From Felis catus (lineage: Eukaryota): DNA of 64,000 nt. Location: assembly GCF_018350175.1 (NCBI RefSeq), contig NC_058368.1, positions 38,442,001 through 38,506,000 on the forward strand, given 5' to 3'. The notes under the pieces are model-generated. The model saw only the letters and a program-made list of their open reading frames with translations. It was not told the origin of the DNA and searched no databases. Of this stretch, positions 49,680 through 62,060 are shown piece by piece. Within the stretch, counting starts at the first letter, position 1. Each line of letters starts with the position of its first letter. Position numbers and translations under genes: made by a program.

Positions 49680-49950
49680 TGCATATCACTTGGATATATA
49701 TATTATATATTGGATGCATTGGATATCACTTTATATATATATACACACACACTTATATACACATATATATGTATACATATATATTTCATGTATATATAAT
49801 ACATATATTATGAACAATTACATATATTTAAATACATGTATATATACTGAATACATATTTGAGTGAATACTACATATGAATATATACTATGTATGAGTGC
49901 ATATATATATATATATACACTGAATATATATTTGAATATATGTTATACTA
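49617..49950 (+). repeat. (TA)n-rich degenerate simple repeat
   Basis: Long TA runs with TATG/TACA variants. Confidence 0.92.
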
Positions 49951-50119
49951 CATGATAGCCCCTAAATTAATATAGTTGGATATACTATGAGAAGTTAGCA
50001 AATAGGCGATGTTACCTCTCATTTATTTAGAAATTATTAGACTAGAAATTATTTCAGACTTAGAAATCCCATCTGGCACAAAACAACTTATTCAAACATT
50101 GACCAACTACTTCTTTTAT

Positions 50120-50522
50120 TTCATTCCATACATTCTGGTCAACCATGAACCATCAATAACTCCTTTTGAGTACCACACTTTAACAACTTTTACATCAAGC
50201 CAACAACTACATGACCTAACCCATATTTTCCTAGCTTGTTGATGAGTATGCCATGTGGGACAGTGTTAAAAGACTTCCTGAGGTCAAGCTCCATTTCACT
50301 TATTGTAGATTGAAAGAATCAAGTCCATTATTCTGTCATAGTAGGAAATATGTTTGGCTTGACAATGATTTGTAACTCAAGTCATGCTATTTATAACCCA
50401 GCACTTTGTGATCCTCAAAGGGTTTGCAAATTGCCCCTTGGATGATAGTATACAGTATGTTTCCCCATTTAAGTTAAAGTAGCTAGTCTGTAGTATCCAG
50501 CACTATTTTTGTCCTTCGAGAG
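50120..50522 (-). mobile_element. CR1/L3 LINE reverse-transcriptase relic
   Basis: Minus frame 50288->50190 reads LDLRKSFNTVPHGILINKLGKYGLGHVVVGLM* (cf. CR1 LDFSKAFDTVPHxILxxKL); upstream broken frames give YYRLATLT, IIQGAICKPFEDHKV and ISYYDRI. Confidence 0.85.
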
Positions 50523-51616
50523 GTAGTTTCTTTTCGTTCTTAAAGCTTGTGAAAATGGTAATCCGACTCTGAACTTACATGGCACTAACTATAAAAGCAT
50601 TTGTTTTTACAATAAAGAGTTTTACATATAAACTTGCTATATAATAAGATAGATGGATAATTTAAACAGTTTATGAATATAATTTGTCACCTTTTGAAAT
50701 GATTCTACTAAGTATTTAAATTGGGTATTTCTGTAAACTCTCAACTGATTGTTTTATAATAGCTAGCAGAATACAAGATCCTAATTTTCAAATCTGTCCT
50801 TGCAAGTTTGAAGGTTACCTACCGACTGATTAGAACTGTCAGGCCTCATGACATTTATTATATAGTGTTCCTGTTAAGGTTGCTTATGAAACTATTAGCC
50901 TTTTCCTTCGACATTTGCTGTTCTGCATGAATGAGTATATTTATATTCCTGTAAACTTTGTATTGCTTTAAAGGTAGTTTAAGCAAAACTCAGGTTAAAT
51001 GAGTTGCTAACAAGTTATCTTCATTGAATTGCTTTTGTTTACACTTAAAAACTATTCTATTCCCTAATGTTTTATTTTCTTTTATAACTGTTAATTTAAT
51101 TTACAGGCAGTTGAACGTTTATCTATGGGAATTAGAACAATAATAATTAAAATTATGTTAAGTGGCCATGAGAGGATATGGGTACAATGGATACATTTTT
51201 AAAATTTGCTTTAAAATTATAAAAGTTTTACTCCTTCTCAGAGGGGTAACTTGGTAAACCAAAATATTTATTTTTATATTATATGTATGCAATGAGCCAT
51301 AATTTATGCCCTAAATAAGAACTTATCTCTTTTACTGTCATATTTCAGAAATGATATATATTTATATATCACATATCATGTATTTGCCTTATGGATAAGT
51401 AGGCATGCATTTGTTTGATTAACTTGATTGACTGTGAAGGTAGGGTAATAGTTATATTTTTACTTTCTCTGTTCCGAACACAGTGTTTTTACTTACATTC
51501 ATCCTTAAATTTAACTAAAGTGAATTAAAACGGAAATGCTTTCTTTTAAAATTATTTGCAAAACTATAATACACTAATATTTTCCTTTGAGTGACTTTGA
51601 ACATAGAGGTTAGCTA

Positions 51617-51737
51617 GGGGTGCCTGGGTGGCTCAGTTGGTTAAGCACCTGACTCTTGATTTCGGCTCGGGTCATAATCTCACAGTTCATGAGATCAAGC
51701 CCCATGTCGGACTCTGTGCTGAGTGTGGAGCCCTCTG

Positions 51738-51794
<57 letters not shown>

Positions 51795-51853
51795 CCTCCC
51801 CTGTTCATGCATGCATGCACACACTCTCTCTCAAAATAAATAAACATTAAAAA
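51617..51853 (+). mobile_element. Can-SINE with long (CT)n
   Basis: SINE body; perfect TSD atagaggttagcta (51603-51616/51854-51867). Confidence 0.95.
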
Positions 51854-53747
51854 ATAGAGGTTAGCTAATAATTAGAAATCATGTTAAGAACTGCAATAGA
51901 TTATAAATCTGATATGTATTTGTACTTCTATGAGTGAAAAAGCTGATTTCAAAAATTAGAAGAGTATTTAGTATGAGGCTAAAGATTTAGTTCAGCAATC
52001 TGCTTTAGTGGAATATATAGTAAAATAATAATATGTGCCTAATTTTATCCAGAAGAGATTTGAAAATTAGGAGAATATTTCCATCTAAATACAGGCTGAT
52101 TCTCTAAATCTTATTTAACATTCTCTGAGGGCTAAATACAACATAAATTTTAAAAAATAAAAGTGGATCACAGATTTTTAAAATCATTAAAATAAAAAAG
52201 AGAAAGTGTTGAAACAGGAGAGTAGGACTTTCTAAGGTATTATTATCTATTTAAATCAGATATATTCAAGTACATTCTACATTAAACTTTTCTCAGCCTA
52301 GCAGGGAGAGACTTTGCAAGGGGTCATTTCCTGTTTGGTAAACCCATATAATTAGAAACAACAGCCAAGAAAGGCACATTTCATTCAATGATTGGACCAA
52401 TAAATGAGTTCAAGCAAAAGAAAAGGAGATATTTAACTAGTTAAGACCAGGAACAAAGGAAAAACAATTTAGAAGTTGAGCTCAGAGCAGTCTTTTGGGT
52501 TTATAAATAATCAATTTTGGGTCCTTGGAGAGGTCCAAGGGTCATAGCTTCAGAACAACCAAAACAGATCTTTTTTGTTTGATGTGGAAAGAGAGAAATA
52601 GAGACTATCAGAGAAAGGATGAATTTAAGATTAGAATAGTATTAAAATGAAAAACTAAAATTGCCAGTGAACCAAACAGAGAAGGATCTACTCCAGAAAA
52701 AATAGGGATTCTGTAACTATCTTTGACTCATTATTTGGAATTCTTTTACATAGTTTGTTCATGGTCTCTCAAATTGTACATATTGTTTATTTTTATAGAC
52801 TACAGTGTTGGATAAATTTGCTCTTTTCTAAGATTTACTGAACCAACTCACCACTTTATCCTCCAAGCTGTAGTTTTACATGATGACAGTACAAGTGAAC
52901 AGTTGTTAAATTAAGAATCCCGCGTGATGCAGAGGGAGTTTTATTGATTTGTACAAATTCTGCCCTGGCTGCACCATTTAAGATGTCTTGTATCACTTTT
53001 GAAAACAATTTTGTAAGATTTCTTTATTGTTGAATAAAACTACTATGGAATAGATTGCTATTTACAAGGAACAATGCATTTCTTAATCATTCTTTGTATT
53101 GACTCATATTAGTGACATCCATAAACAGAAGTCTATGACTTACAATTAAAATTCCTGTACAATGTGGTGTAGTTATTAAGGGAGAAGGGATTATTGCCTA
53201 TATTGCCCAAAGCTCATTAGCTACCTGATGTTCAGAGATATACAAGCCTCAAAGGGTAGATGAACAAATCTCAAAGCTTGAGATAATTTCAGTATGGCAG
53301 ATTCTATAAGTTGAATATGCTTTTTCTTAAGATAAAAAATTAGATAAAAGTAATGAATATGAATGTTCAATTTTATTTTCAAGATTCACATCTATATCAT
53401 TACCTATTGAAATCTGAATAATTTGTAGATTTAGTGGTGTCAACATGGAAAGGCCAACTGGACGTTTACTAGGAAGACCATGCAGGATGGCACTGCTCAT
53501 ATTATAATTATCTCATGTTTTGTTTTCAGGTTTATAAATCCAGAAAAAAATGTACACACATACAGACGCATACATATATTTATTTATATTCAAGTTGATT
53601 AAATTCCAATTGGCTAACTCATAATATCCAAATATCAAAGACATGCAAAAGCTGTTTTGCTGAGATATTCAGACATGAGATGCTCTGATAATGCTAATTC
53701 ATAACAAAATGCAGAATTGTTCCATGGACAAGAATTCTAAGGGAAGA

Positions 53748-54001
53748 GGGGCACCTGGGTGGCTTAGTCAGTTAAGTGTCTGACTTTGGCTCAGGTCATG
53801 ATCTCACGGTTCATGAGTTTGAACCCCGTGTCAGGCTCTGTGCTTGACAGCTCAGAGAATGGAGCATGTTTCAGATTCTCTGTCTCCCTCTCTCTCTCTC
53901 TGCCCCTCCCCTGCTCATGGTGTCTCTCTCTCTCTCAAAAATAAATAATAAATAATTTTGAGATCTCTCTCAAAAATAAATAAACATTAAAAAAAAATTT
54001 A
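53748..54001 (+). mobile_element. Can-SINE with rearranged tail
   Basis: SINE body; perfect 18-bp TSD aagaattctaagggaaga (53730-53747/54002-54019). Confidence 0.96.
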
Positions 54002-54114
54002 AAGAATTCTAAGGGAAGAATCCATTGATTTCCTAGGCTGTTTAGCTTCCAAAATGATTTTTTTGTAATATCAGAATAAATGTACTGGGTTGTGGTTTAG
54101 AACCAAGACTTTTT

Positions 54115-54233
54115 AAAAATATAATTTATTGTCAAGTTAACTAACATACAGTGTATACAGTGTGCTCTTGGCTTCGGGAGTAGATTCCCATGATTCATTG
54201 CTTATATGCAACACCCAGTGCTCATCCCAAGTG
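54115..54233 (-). mobile_element. L1 (feline) extreme 3' end inserted in a MIR
   Basis: aatttattgtcaag...taacatacagtgtatacagtgtgctcttgg...caacacccagtgctcatccca; TSD agactttttaa (54106-54116/54234-54244). Confidence 0.9.
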
Positions 54234-54244
54234 AGACTTTTTAA

Positions 54245-54390
54245 TAAAGCTGGTGTGGTTTAATCTGGCTTTGACACATGCTAGTGATAGGACTTTGGAC
54301 AAGTTGCTTAACATCTATTTACCTCAGCTTTGTTGCCTGTAGAATGAGACTATTTATACCCAACTTCATATGGGTGTTATATGTTTAAAT
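54245..54390 (+). mobile_element. MIR
   Basis: gactttggacaagttgcttaac.tct...cctcag.tt...ctgta.aatgag. Confidence 0.75.
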
Positions 54391-54439
54391 GCTTGTTTGT
54401 GGTAACTCACATATGAGCATCTATATGATGTAAAAATAT

Positions 54440-54975
54440 ACCTATGTCCTGGATGACTAGTGATGAATGTAAGATGCAAAGTGCCTTCTCCCCAGAAGCA
54501 AACAGAATGGTAGAGGAAGAAACAATGGACTAGTAATCATGGTAGTAAACATAATTATAAATTATAATGCATTCTATAAGGAAATAAATGGGTCCAATGA
54601 ATAGCAGGAATGGAGATCCTCTGATTGAACCACATGGTTAAAGATTGCCTCTATGAAGCAATGATATTTAAACTGCAAAAGAAGGGACAGGACGGAGCCA
54701 GCTTCTTTACCAGAAGTAGTTAGAAAAGTGGGATCTGCATAAAATTCAGTACATGTCAAGCTACTGGGGCAGTCAAAGACTTTGAGTGTTTAAGCATCTG
54801 AAAGGTCAGTTTGCCTAGTCTGGGTTGAGGGGGAACGGAAAGAAAAATAAGAGGGGGGAGAGAGAGGGTTTTAAGTAGGAAAGACTCTCGATCTGACTTA
54901 GTTTAAAAATATGACTCTATTCACTATGTAGAAATGGTTGAGAGGCAAGACTGGAAGTAACATACTGATTAGGCT
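54440..54975 (-). mobile_element. L2 fragment
   Basis: gcctctatgaag.a.tgatatttaaactg, gagggttttaagtagg...atctgactta.gttt, gaggcaagactggaag. Confidence 0.65.
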
Positions 54976-55713
54976 AAATACAAAGGAAATATAAAACCTC
55001 CCACATATGTATCCTTAAATGATAGCTATTATCATTGCTGAAACAGTATTTTACATATAATTAGGAATTCAGCATCACTATGACTTAGCTAATAGGCTTA
55101 CAGGTCTTTGACAAAAAGGTCAAATTATCTGTCCTTTTGTTTCCCGCTACTAGAATGCTCAGCAATTCTAGAAAATGTCATAATTCTGATATTGGCTATA
55201 TTTAATTTTACTATAAACCACACTCTGATCTTCCTCAATCCTGCTTTCCCATTCATGTATTCACCCTGAGAATATTCCTTTCATGTTGTTCATAGCCACG
55301 CACACAAGCCACATAGCTCTTCTCACTGAGTTGCCACTTTTAGCAGATGACCCCATCCCCTTCCTTCATTGAAAAAAAATGTGTTTTTCAAATTAAAACA
55401 GACTCAAAGAAGTATTATGTTTTAAGGTAAACTTTTATCCTTTCATCTTTCTTCTAAAAATCTTTTCCCTACCCCCACCTCCTAAGGCTAAAACCTATCT
55501 AATATTTGTTCTGGGAACTCATGCCTCCACTTATCTGCCATATTTACCATTAGGTTGAAAGCTATCACAGTACTGTTTTTAGAGGATGAGAATCGAGTGT
55601 CATCCATTTCCCAGATGCAACTTAATATATTTAACTGTAGTCTTCTCTCTCCCTTTCCCTCTACTCTCACTCTTATAGGATACTTTTAATTTAAACAAAG
55701 AGTATGATCTCTC

Positions 55714-55787
55714 TTTTTTTTTTTTTCAACAGAAAGAGAGAGAGAGCACATGAGCAGGGGAAAGGGGCGGGGGGGGGGAGAGAGAGA

Positions 55788-55825
<38 letters not shown>

Positions 55826-55946
55826 CTTAAGCAGACTCCTTGTTCAGTGAGGAGCCTAATGAGGGACTTGATCCTACAACCTTGGGATCATGATCTGAGC
55901 TGAAATCAAGAGTCAGACACAACCAACTGAGGCACCAAAGCTCCCC
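55714..55946 (-). mobile_element. Can-SINE (older subfamily) with (GA)n
   Basis: Antisense body; TSD atgatctct (55704-55712/55951-55959). Confidence 0.93.
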
Positions 55947-56254
55947 AAACATGATCTCTTTGTATAAATAATCTTTCTATACCAAAATAAGATAACATAT
56001 TATTTTGGCAGATTTTGTGTACAGGATAATGTTTTTCCTATTTTCTTCATCACCGAGGTTCTAGAAAATATAGTCTATATACTCTGCTTCTAATTCCTCC
56101 ATTCGGTAAAATCTGATTCTTCTTCACCATTCTGCTCTCAGGAAGGTCATTAGTAATAACCTGTATTGCAAAATACAAATGTGTCCCATTACTTCTACTT
56201 TCTTCTGTTTTATTATACCTGACTATGCTGAGATGCTCTTTATTTAAGGGAAAA

Positions 56255-56526
56255 GGGTTAATAGTGGGCAGATGTATATTCCAAAACAGAATGTCTGGGT
56301 TCAAATGCTGGCTTCACAAATTACTTGTTATTCTTATTACCAGTTTTTGCAATCAAGTAAATTGCCGGTTATTTAAGTTCTAGTATTTTATATGCAAATG
56401 TGGGATAATAATGGTATCTATTCATTAACTTCTGAAGATTAAATAACTGAATAAAAGTACATAGCCTAGAACAGTGTTTGCTTCATTGCAGTTCCTCAAT
56501 GGGTGTTCCTCAATATTGCTATTATT
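56255..56526 (+). mobile_element. MIR, probably interrupting an L2
   Basis: ctgggttcaaat.ctggct, tgggataataatggtatcta, gaagattaaat, tagaacagtg, gctattatt. Confidence 0.75.
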
Positions 56527-57835
56527 GGTGGCACTCTTATTGATAGTCCTTCCTTTTTATGGCACTGCTCCCTGACAGAGCTCCTTCCTTCAGGTTGGTA
56601 AACCTTCATGGTGACCTTAGTTATCTCTGCCATTTGCAAGTGACTTGCCAGACTAGAAAACGTTCCCAAGTTTTTCAAGCATAATGAAACTTGGTGAAAA
56701 CAGGGGCTTCATCTATATCTGTTTGATGTTGTGTATGTTATATACAATAGAGTGCCTGGCAAATGGTGGGTGAAGTCATACTATCACATGCAGGAAGGAA
56801 TGAACTCTATTCAGAATGTTTAGCCCAGAAAACTCTGATACAATCTCAAATAAAATCTTAGAAATGATTAATGGTCATTAATTTATATCAACAGGTACTT
56901 GATCCAGAGATGGTAAGAATTATTGTATCTCATTTCCTTCTTTGGTAATGAAAAGCCCCATTTCTGATGTATAAATTGCCACATGGCTTTATTTTCTCTA
57001 ATTTTATTATTTCCTAAAATCTAGTGTCACAAAAACTATTTAAATATACTTTTCAGTTAATTTGGTACATATGCCTTGCTAATTTTTATGATACATGAGA
57101 GTTCACAAATGCATAAATACAGTTTCTCATTTTCAAAATACACTAGCTCTCATTAGTTACTATGAAAGGTACTTTCATGAAAATTAAAACAACTGTGATA
57201 ACAAAATCATCAAACAAAATATTATTTTACCACTTGCTATTAACTATATACCAGGTAAGGTGGTAACTAACATCTGGTTTATTCACAGACTACCTTCCTC
57301 CCTCTGACTTCTACCAACATGGCCCTTCACGAATTTTTAGATCAAGATAATGACTGCAGTACAGTCATCCATTGGTGGTTAAGTCAAAACTGATGTACTG
57401 AAGAAAGCCGAGGCACTATGTGACAAAAGTATAATAGAAGATCCCATATACAGAAGGGTAAAGGTTGGGGGGTAGAGGAAAGAAAGGAGGATGGTTGGGG
57501 TAGAAAAGGGAAAAAATGCAACCTGAATTGTGGAGAATTCTAGGGAGTTTTGAAATAGAGAGCAGAGAGATTTAAGACCAACTCTAGCTTCTATACATAT
57601 GAGATACACAGACACAGGAGGGACAGAGAGAGGAAAGAGATATTAAGAACAATGGTTTTAAAAGGATTTGCTTGTGTTGTAAACAGAATCTTTCCTTTGA
57701 GTTTTTGAGAACCTTTGTTAAAGCTAAATGCTTTTGCAATTACTTTACATTATTGAACTGGGGTGTTCTTGAATGTGATTCCATGACAAAGCTGCTTTAA
57801 AGCAATGGCAGGCAGATTTTCCTCCTTATTTATAG

Positions 57836-58476
57836 TGTTGAAATAAATTTCTAGGCCCAAATGGAGTCTCTCTTGCACAGGGTGCCACGTCAGCAAACTG
57901 AAATTCATGTTCCTGTAAATGCTGAGCTGGACCAGAAATTCAGTATATCCAATCAGCCAATCCCCAAAAGCCAAGCCAACTCTAGGACTCTGTACTTATA
58001 TCCTTGTTCCTTGATCTTTCTTTATAAATTCAGATTACCTAACCCCAACCAATCATGCTCTGTCTCTGCATTGTTGCTTCTAACACTATATAAAACTTGC
58101 TCTTGCCCAAAATCCCTCCAAAAGGAATGCTCCACTGCTCACGAGATACTGTACTCCAATAATCCATGGTTTGTTTTCCCTTGAGTAAAGACATTAAACT
58201 CATTACTAAATTGTTTTACTTTTTGTTGTTGTTGTTGTTTATTTATTTTTGAGAGACAGAGACAGAGACAGAGTGCGAGCAGGGGAGGGGAAGGGAGAGA
58301 GGGAGACACAGAATCCGAAGCAGACTCCAGGCTCTGAGCTGTCAGCACAGGGCCCCATGCGGGGCTCGAACCCATGAATTGTGAGATCATGACCTGAGCC
58401 AAAGTCAGATGCTCAACCGACTGAGCTACCCAGTCACCCCAAAATTGTTTTACTTTTTAATTCGATGATGGAAACA
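57836..58476 (+). mobile_element. Solo LTR (ERV1-like) carrying a nested SINE
   Basis: TGTT...AACA termini, perfect 4-bp TSD atag (57832-57835/58477-58480), aaatggagtc near the 5' end, CCAAT boxes, TATATAAAA at 58087-58095. Confidence 0.85.
58225..58440 (-). mobile_element. Can-SINE nested in LTR
   Basis: Full antisense body; perfect 17-bp TSD aaattgttttacttttt (58208-58224/58442-58458). Confidence 0.96.
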
Positions 58477-58583
58477 ATAGTTTAAGAACAAATAGTGACT
58501 GGCTCAAGAGTTAAAACACTTGGAATAGAATATACAAAGAGAGATTTGACAAATAAAAGTAACAATTAAGAGAAAGAAGCTTT

Positions 58584-59020
58584 GGGGGCACCTGGGTGAC
58601 TCAGTTGGTTAACTGTCCAACTTTGGCTCAGGTCATGTTCTCATGATCTCATGGTTCCCAAGTTCAAGCTCATATCAGGAGCTCTGCTCTCAGCACAGAG
58701 CCTGCTTCATTTTTAAAAATTTTTTTTTTAATGTTTATTTTTATTTTTGAGACAGCAAGAGAGAGAGAGTCAGAGAAAGAAGGAGACACAGAATCCAAAG
58801 CAGGCTCTGGGCTCTGAGCTGTCAGAGCTCAAACCCAGGGGCTCAAACCGAGGAACCCATGAGATCATGACCTGAGCTGAAGCAGACACTTAACCCACTG
58901 AGCCACCCAGGCACCCCAGCACAGAGCCTGCTTCAGATCCTCTGTCTCCTCTCTCTCTCTGTGCCTCCCCAGCTTGCACTCTTTCTCTCTCTCTGTCAAA
59001 AATAAATAAACAACAAAAAA
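58584..59020 (+). mobile_element. Can-SINE (host, split by a nested SINE)
   Basis: Head 58584-58709, body resumes at 58918; imperfect TSD aaag(aag/gaa)ctttg. Confidence 0.93.
58710..58917 (-). mobile_element. Can-SINE nested antisense in the SINE body
   Basis: Flanked by duplicated cagcacagagcctgcttca (58691-58709/58917-58935). Confidence 0.94.
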
Positions 59021-59201
59021 AAAAGGAACTTTGTGGAAGTATGGTTAATTTCTTACAGTTAAAGATAGACATTTTTCTTTTCTCACATATAAATCAAGTG
59101 AAATGTACCCAAATGAATTGACTGCCTTAGCAATGATTATATGGATACCTCCATGTAAAGGTTATGAAACTTTATGGAATATATTTTAAAATAAATTTTT
59201 A

Positions 59202-59421
59202 GGGCGCCTGGGTGGCTCAGTCGGTTAAGAGTCTGACTTCAGCTCAGGTCCTGATCTCACAGTTCATGGGTTCGAGTCCCACATGGGGCTCTGTGCTGAC
59301 AGCTTAGAGCCTGGAGCCTGCTTTGGATTCTGTGTCTCCCTCTCTCTCTGCCCTTCCCCTGCTTGTTCTCTTTCGCTCTTTCTCTTTCTCTTTCTCAAAA
59401 ATAAAGATCATTAAAAAAATT
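59202..59421 (+). mobile_element. Can-SINE
   Basis: SINE body; TSD aataaattttta (59190-59201/59422-59433). Confidence 0.95.
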
Positions 59422-61399
59422 AATAAATTTTTAAATAAATAAATGAGTAACTAAGCAAATGTATACTTTTAATATAATAAAGGGGATCAGATTTAAGCAG
59501 ATGATTTTTAAATTAAATGATTTTTAGATTCATTATAATGTTTTCTATATCCATTCTATTAGGAATGGGTTTGAATTTATAAAAGAAATGTTTTTCTTAA
59601 TTTTACTATGAGTCATTTAATGTATTGGAATAGCCAAATCTTTCAAATATCTTAGAATAGGTATCAAGAAGATGATACCTATTTTTCTCTCAGATTAGTT
59701 TTTTCCCTAGTTACCAAGACCATTAATTTCCACATCAGAATGGTTAATTAGGTGATGCCTTTCTCTCATTTTTTGATTCTTTAGTGAGATCACACACTGT
59801 CATCTTCCTTCTCATTATGAAACTGCTATGGCAGTCTTGAATTTCCACTAATTGCTGGTATCTGAATAGATACCATTGTAAGTTTGCATGGAACTATTCT
59901 TCTCTAGGTTTATCACAAAGAATGACTCAATTCCTTACCCTAGGATTGACAGTGGGTCTTGTATCTTTCACAGTTTTAGTAGGAGGAGAAGCAGAAACGG
60001 GAGGGGTGGAGATCTTTGGGAGTTCTTCAGAGACAGGCTCTCTCTCTCTGAACTTGGTAGTGAGCAAGAAGGCAAAGCTTATCTTCTGGGGTATTTTTTT
60101 AACGGTCCCATAATGTTATTGGAAAAATCAGTAAAGCATCAGTGGGGGGATATACCTTTAGGACCCAGCAGAGTCTGACTTTACCAGAGTAACTGTCTTT
60201 TATGTCATTCAGTTATATTTAGCACTTGAAAATTATTTTACTTTCTTTGTTGTGTTTGCTTTTAGAAGTTATTAGTGTATGTGAGTAGATAAGAAAACAT
60301 AGGGTCTACATATAAACACTGAAACTTTCACTGAAAGCCAACAATTAAGGAAAAGTTTACTATTACTTTCCCTCACAATCTCCTTCTACTGTTGGACTGT
60401 TTCCTGAACTGAAGTTAAATTGGGCTAAGCTGACCTTAATTCTTCACTTTCTATGATGTTGCCTACTTCCTACTTTCTTAATTCCTGTCCTGAATCAAGA
60501 TTTTATCTGCTGGAAGGCACAGATCAATTCTATCACCTTTTTTATAAAATCATGCACAGATAAAATCCTATGGTTTTTAACTTTACAATTTATAAACTAT
60601 AATGATTACATGGCACCCTAAAGAAATTATATATATATATATATATGAATAAGATAAAAGAATAACACATATCTAATACTCAAATATTATTTAATTAAGT
60701 AATATAGTACTAATGGAGGGTTCTAATGATGTAGAAACCTCCACCATTAAGCAAAACAGGTGTTTCTTTGTTTGTTTGTTTGTTTTAATTCAAGTATGTG
60801 GTATGGTGTTAGAGATCATGAAAAGAGGGTCCTAACTGAACTGTCATAAAGGAAAAATTGGATCACTTTAAGAATTCTTTAGTCAACCTACCAAAATATA
60901 AGCTTTCCCTCATCTTTTCCAATTTTTTTTTTCTCTCATTTTTTTACATTATGTCAGCCGGTCAGTCAACAAATATTTGTTGTGTCTGCTCTTTTCACTC
61001 ATTGTGTGAGGACAGGGCTAGGGAAGTAAATAAGATGGAAAAGAGAAAATGAGTACATACCAAAATGAATTCCATTATGGATGTCAAAAAATATGAAGGC
61101 TCTGAGATATTACCCTACATGCAAGCCAACAAGTTACCCTGCCACAGTTTCCTGAATCCTGACAGAAGGCATGAGACTCCTGGGTCAGAGGAAAATTACC
61201 ATTGTTCAGAGGAAAGCAGGCAGCACAATCTCTGTGTATATCCATTCTTCCTGCCCCTCAAGTCTTATAGGGTCAATGTGAATGGGGCCCACGTAGATGC
61301 AACACACACAGCTTGTACTACAGCGGAGGAACCCTGAGTTAAAAAAAAAAAAAAAACCTGGACATTTTTACTTCTTGGACTTTATTTAGATCATAAATA

Positions 61400-61768
61400 T
61401 ATTTTTTTAAAAAAACTAGTTTTGAGATATAATTTATATACCAAATAACTCATCTATCAAAAGGGAACCTTTAGGGTTTTGTTTTGCTTTGTTTTGTTTT
61501 GTTTTGTTTTTGGTATATTCAGTTCTGTGAAACCAACACCACAATCAATTTTAGAATACTTTCATCACCAAAAAAATTAATTCATTACAGTATTAGGTAC
61601 TCCCATTTACCCAACCCCTTCCTACCGACCTAGGCAACCACTAATCTACTTTTTGTCTCTCTAGATTTTCCTATTCCTGACATCCCATGAGTGAAATTAT
61701 CCTATAAATGGGTCTTTGTGACTGGCTTCTTTCCCTTAACATAAAGCTTTCAATATTTATCAATGTTG
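61400..61768 (-). mobile_element. L1MB-type 3' end
   Basis: ttgagatataattta.atacca, ccacaatcaattttagaa.a.tttcatcacc, ctaggcaaccactaatctacttt.tgtctct, ggtcttt.gtgactggcttctttc. Confidence 0.88.
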
Positions 61769-61973
61769 AGGAGCCTCAATTTTAGATCAGGGGCAGCTAG
61801 TAAACCTGCCCAATCTTACCTGTAAGATGAAGAGAGGCTTTATCTTAATTATATTGGTAAGGAAACCTGTCTGTTCTCTGGTCTAGTGAGAGTTTATCTT
61901 TGAAGGCTGTTTGATATTGATATGGAAACTTCCTTGAAGAGATAGTCCAGGACAAAACCAGATACAAGATGTG

Positions 61974-62060
61974 AAAGAAAAAAAAAAGAAAGAAAAAGAA
62001 AAAAAGAAAAGAAAGAAAGAAAGAAAAAAAGAAAAACAAGAAAAAAACCAAAAAAAAATA
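61974..62060 (+). repeat. A-rich (GAAA)n/(GAAAA)n repeat
   Basis: Directly visible; source of the K/E-rich and F-rich ORFs. Confidence 0.92.

Noticed and set aside
49555..49735. Recurring tatcactt motif among TA runs as a spacer-repeat (CRISPR-like) array
   Set aside because: Only three short copies, irregularly spaced in a slippage-prone microsatellite in mammalian DNA
52879..52990. ATGATGA as a snoRNA C box
   Set aside because: No CTGA D box or terminal stem at a suitable distance
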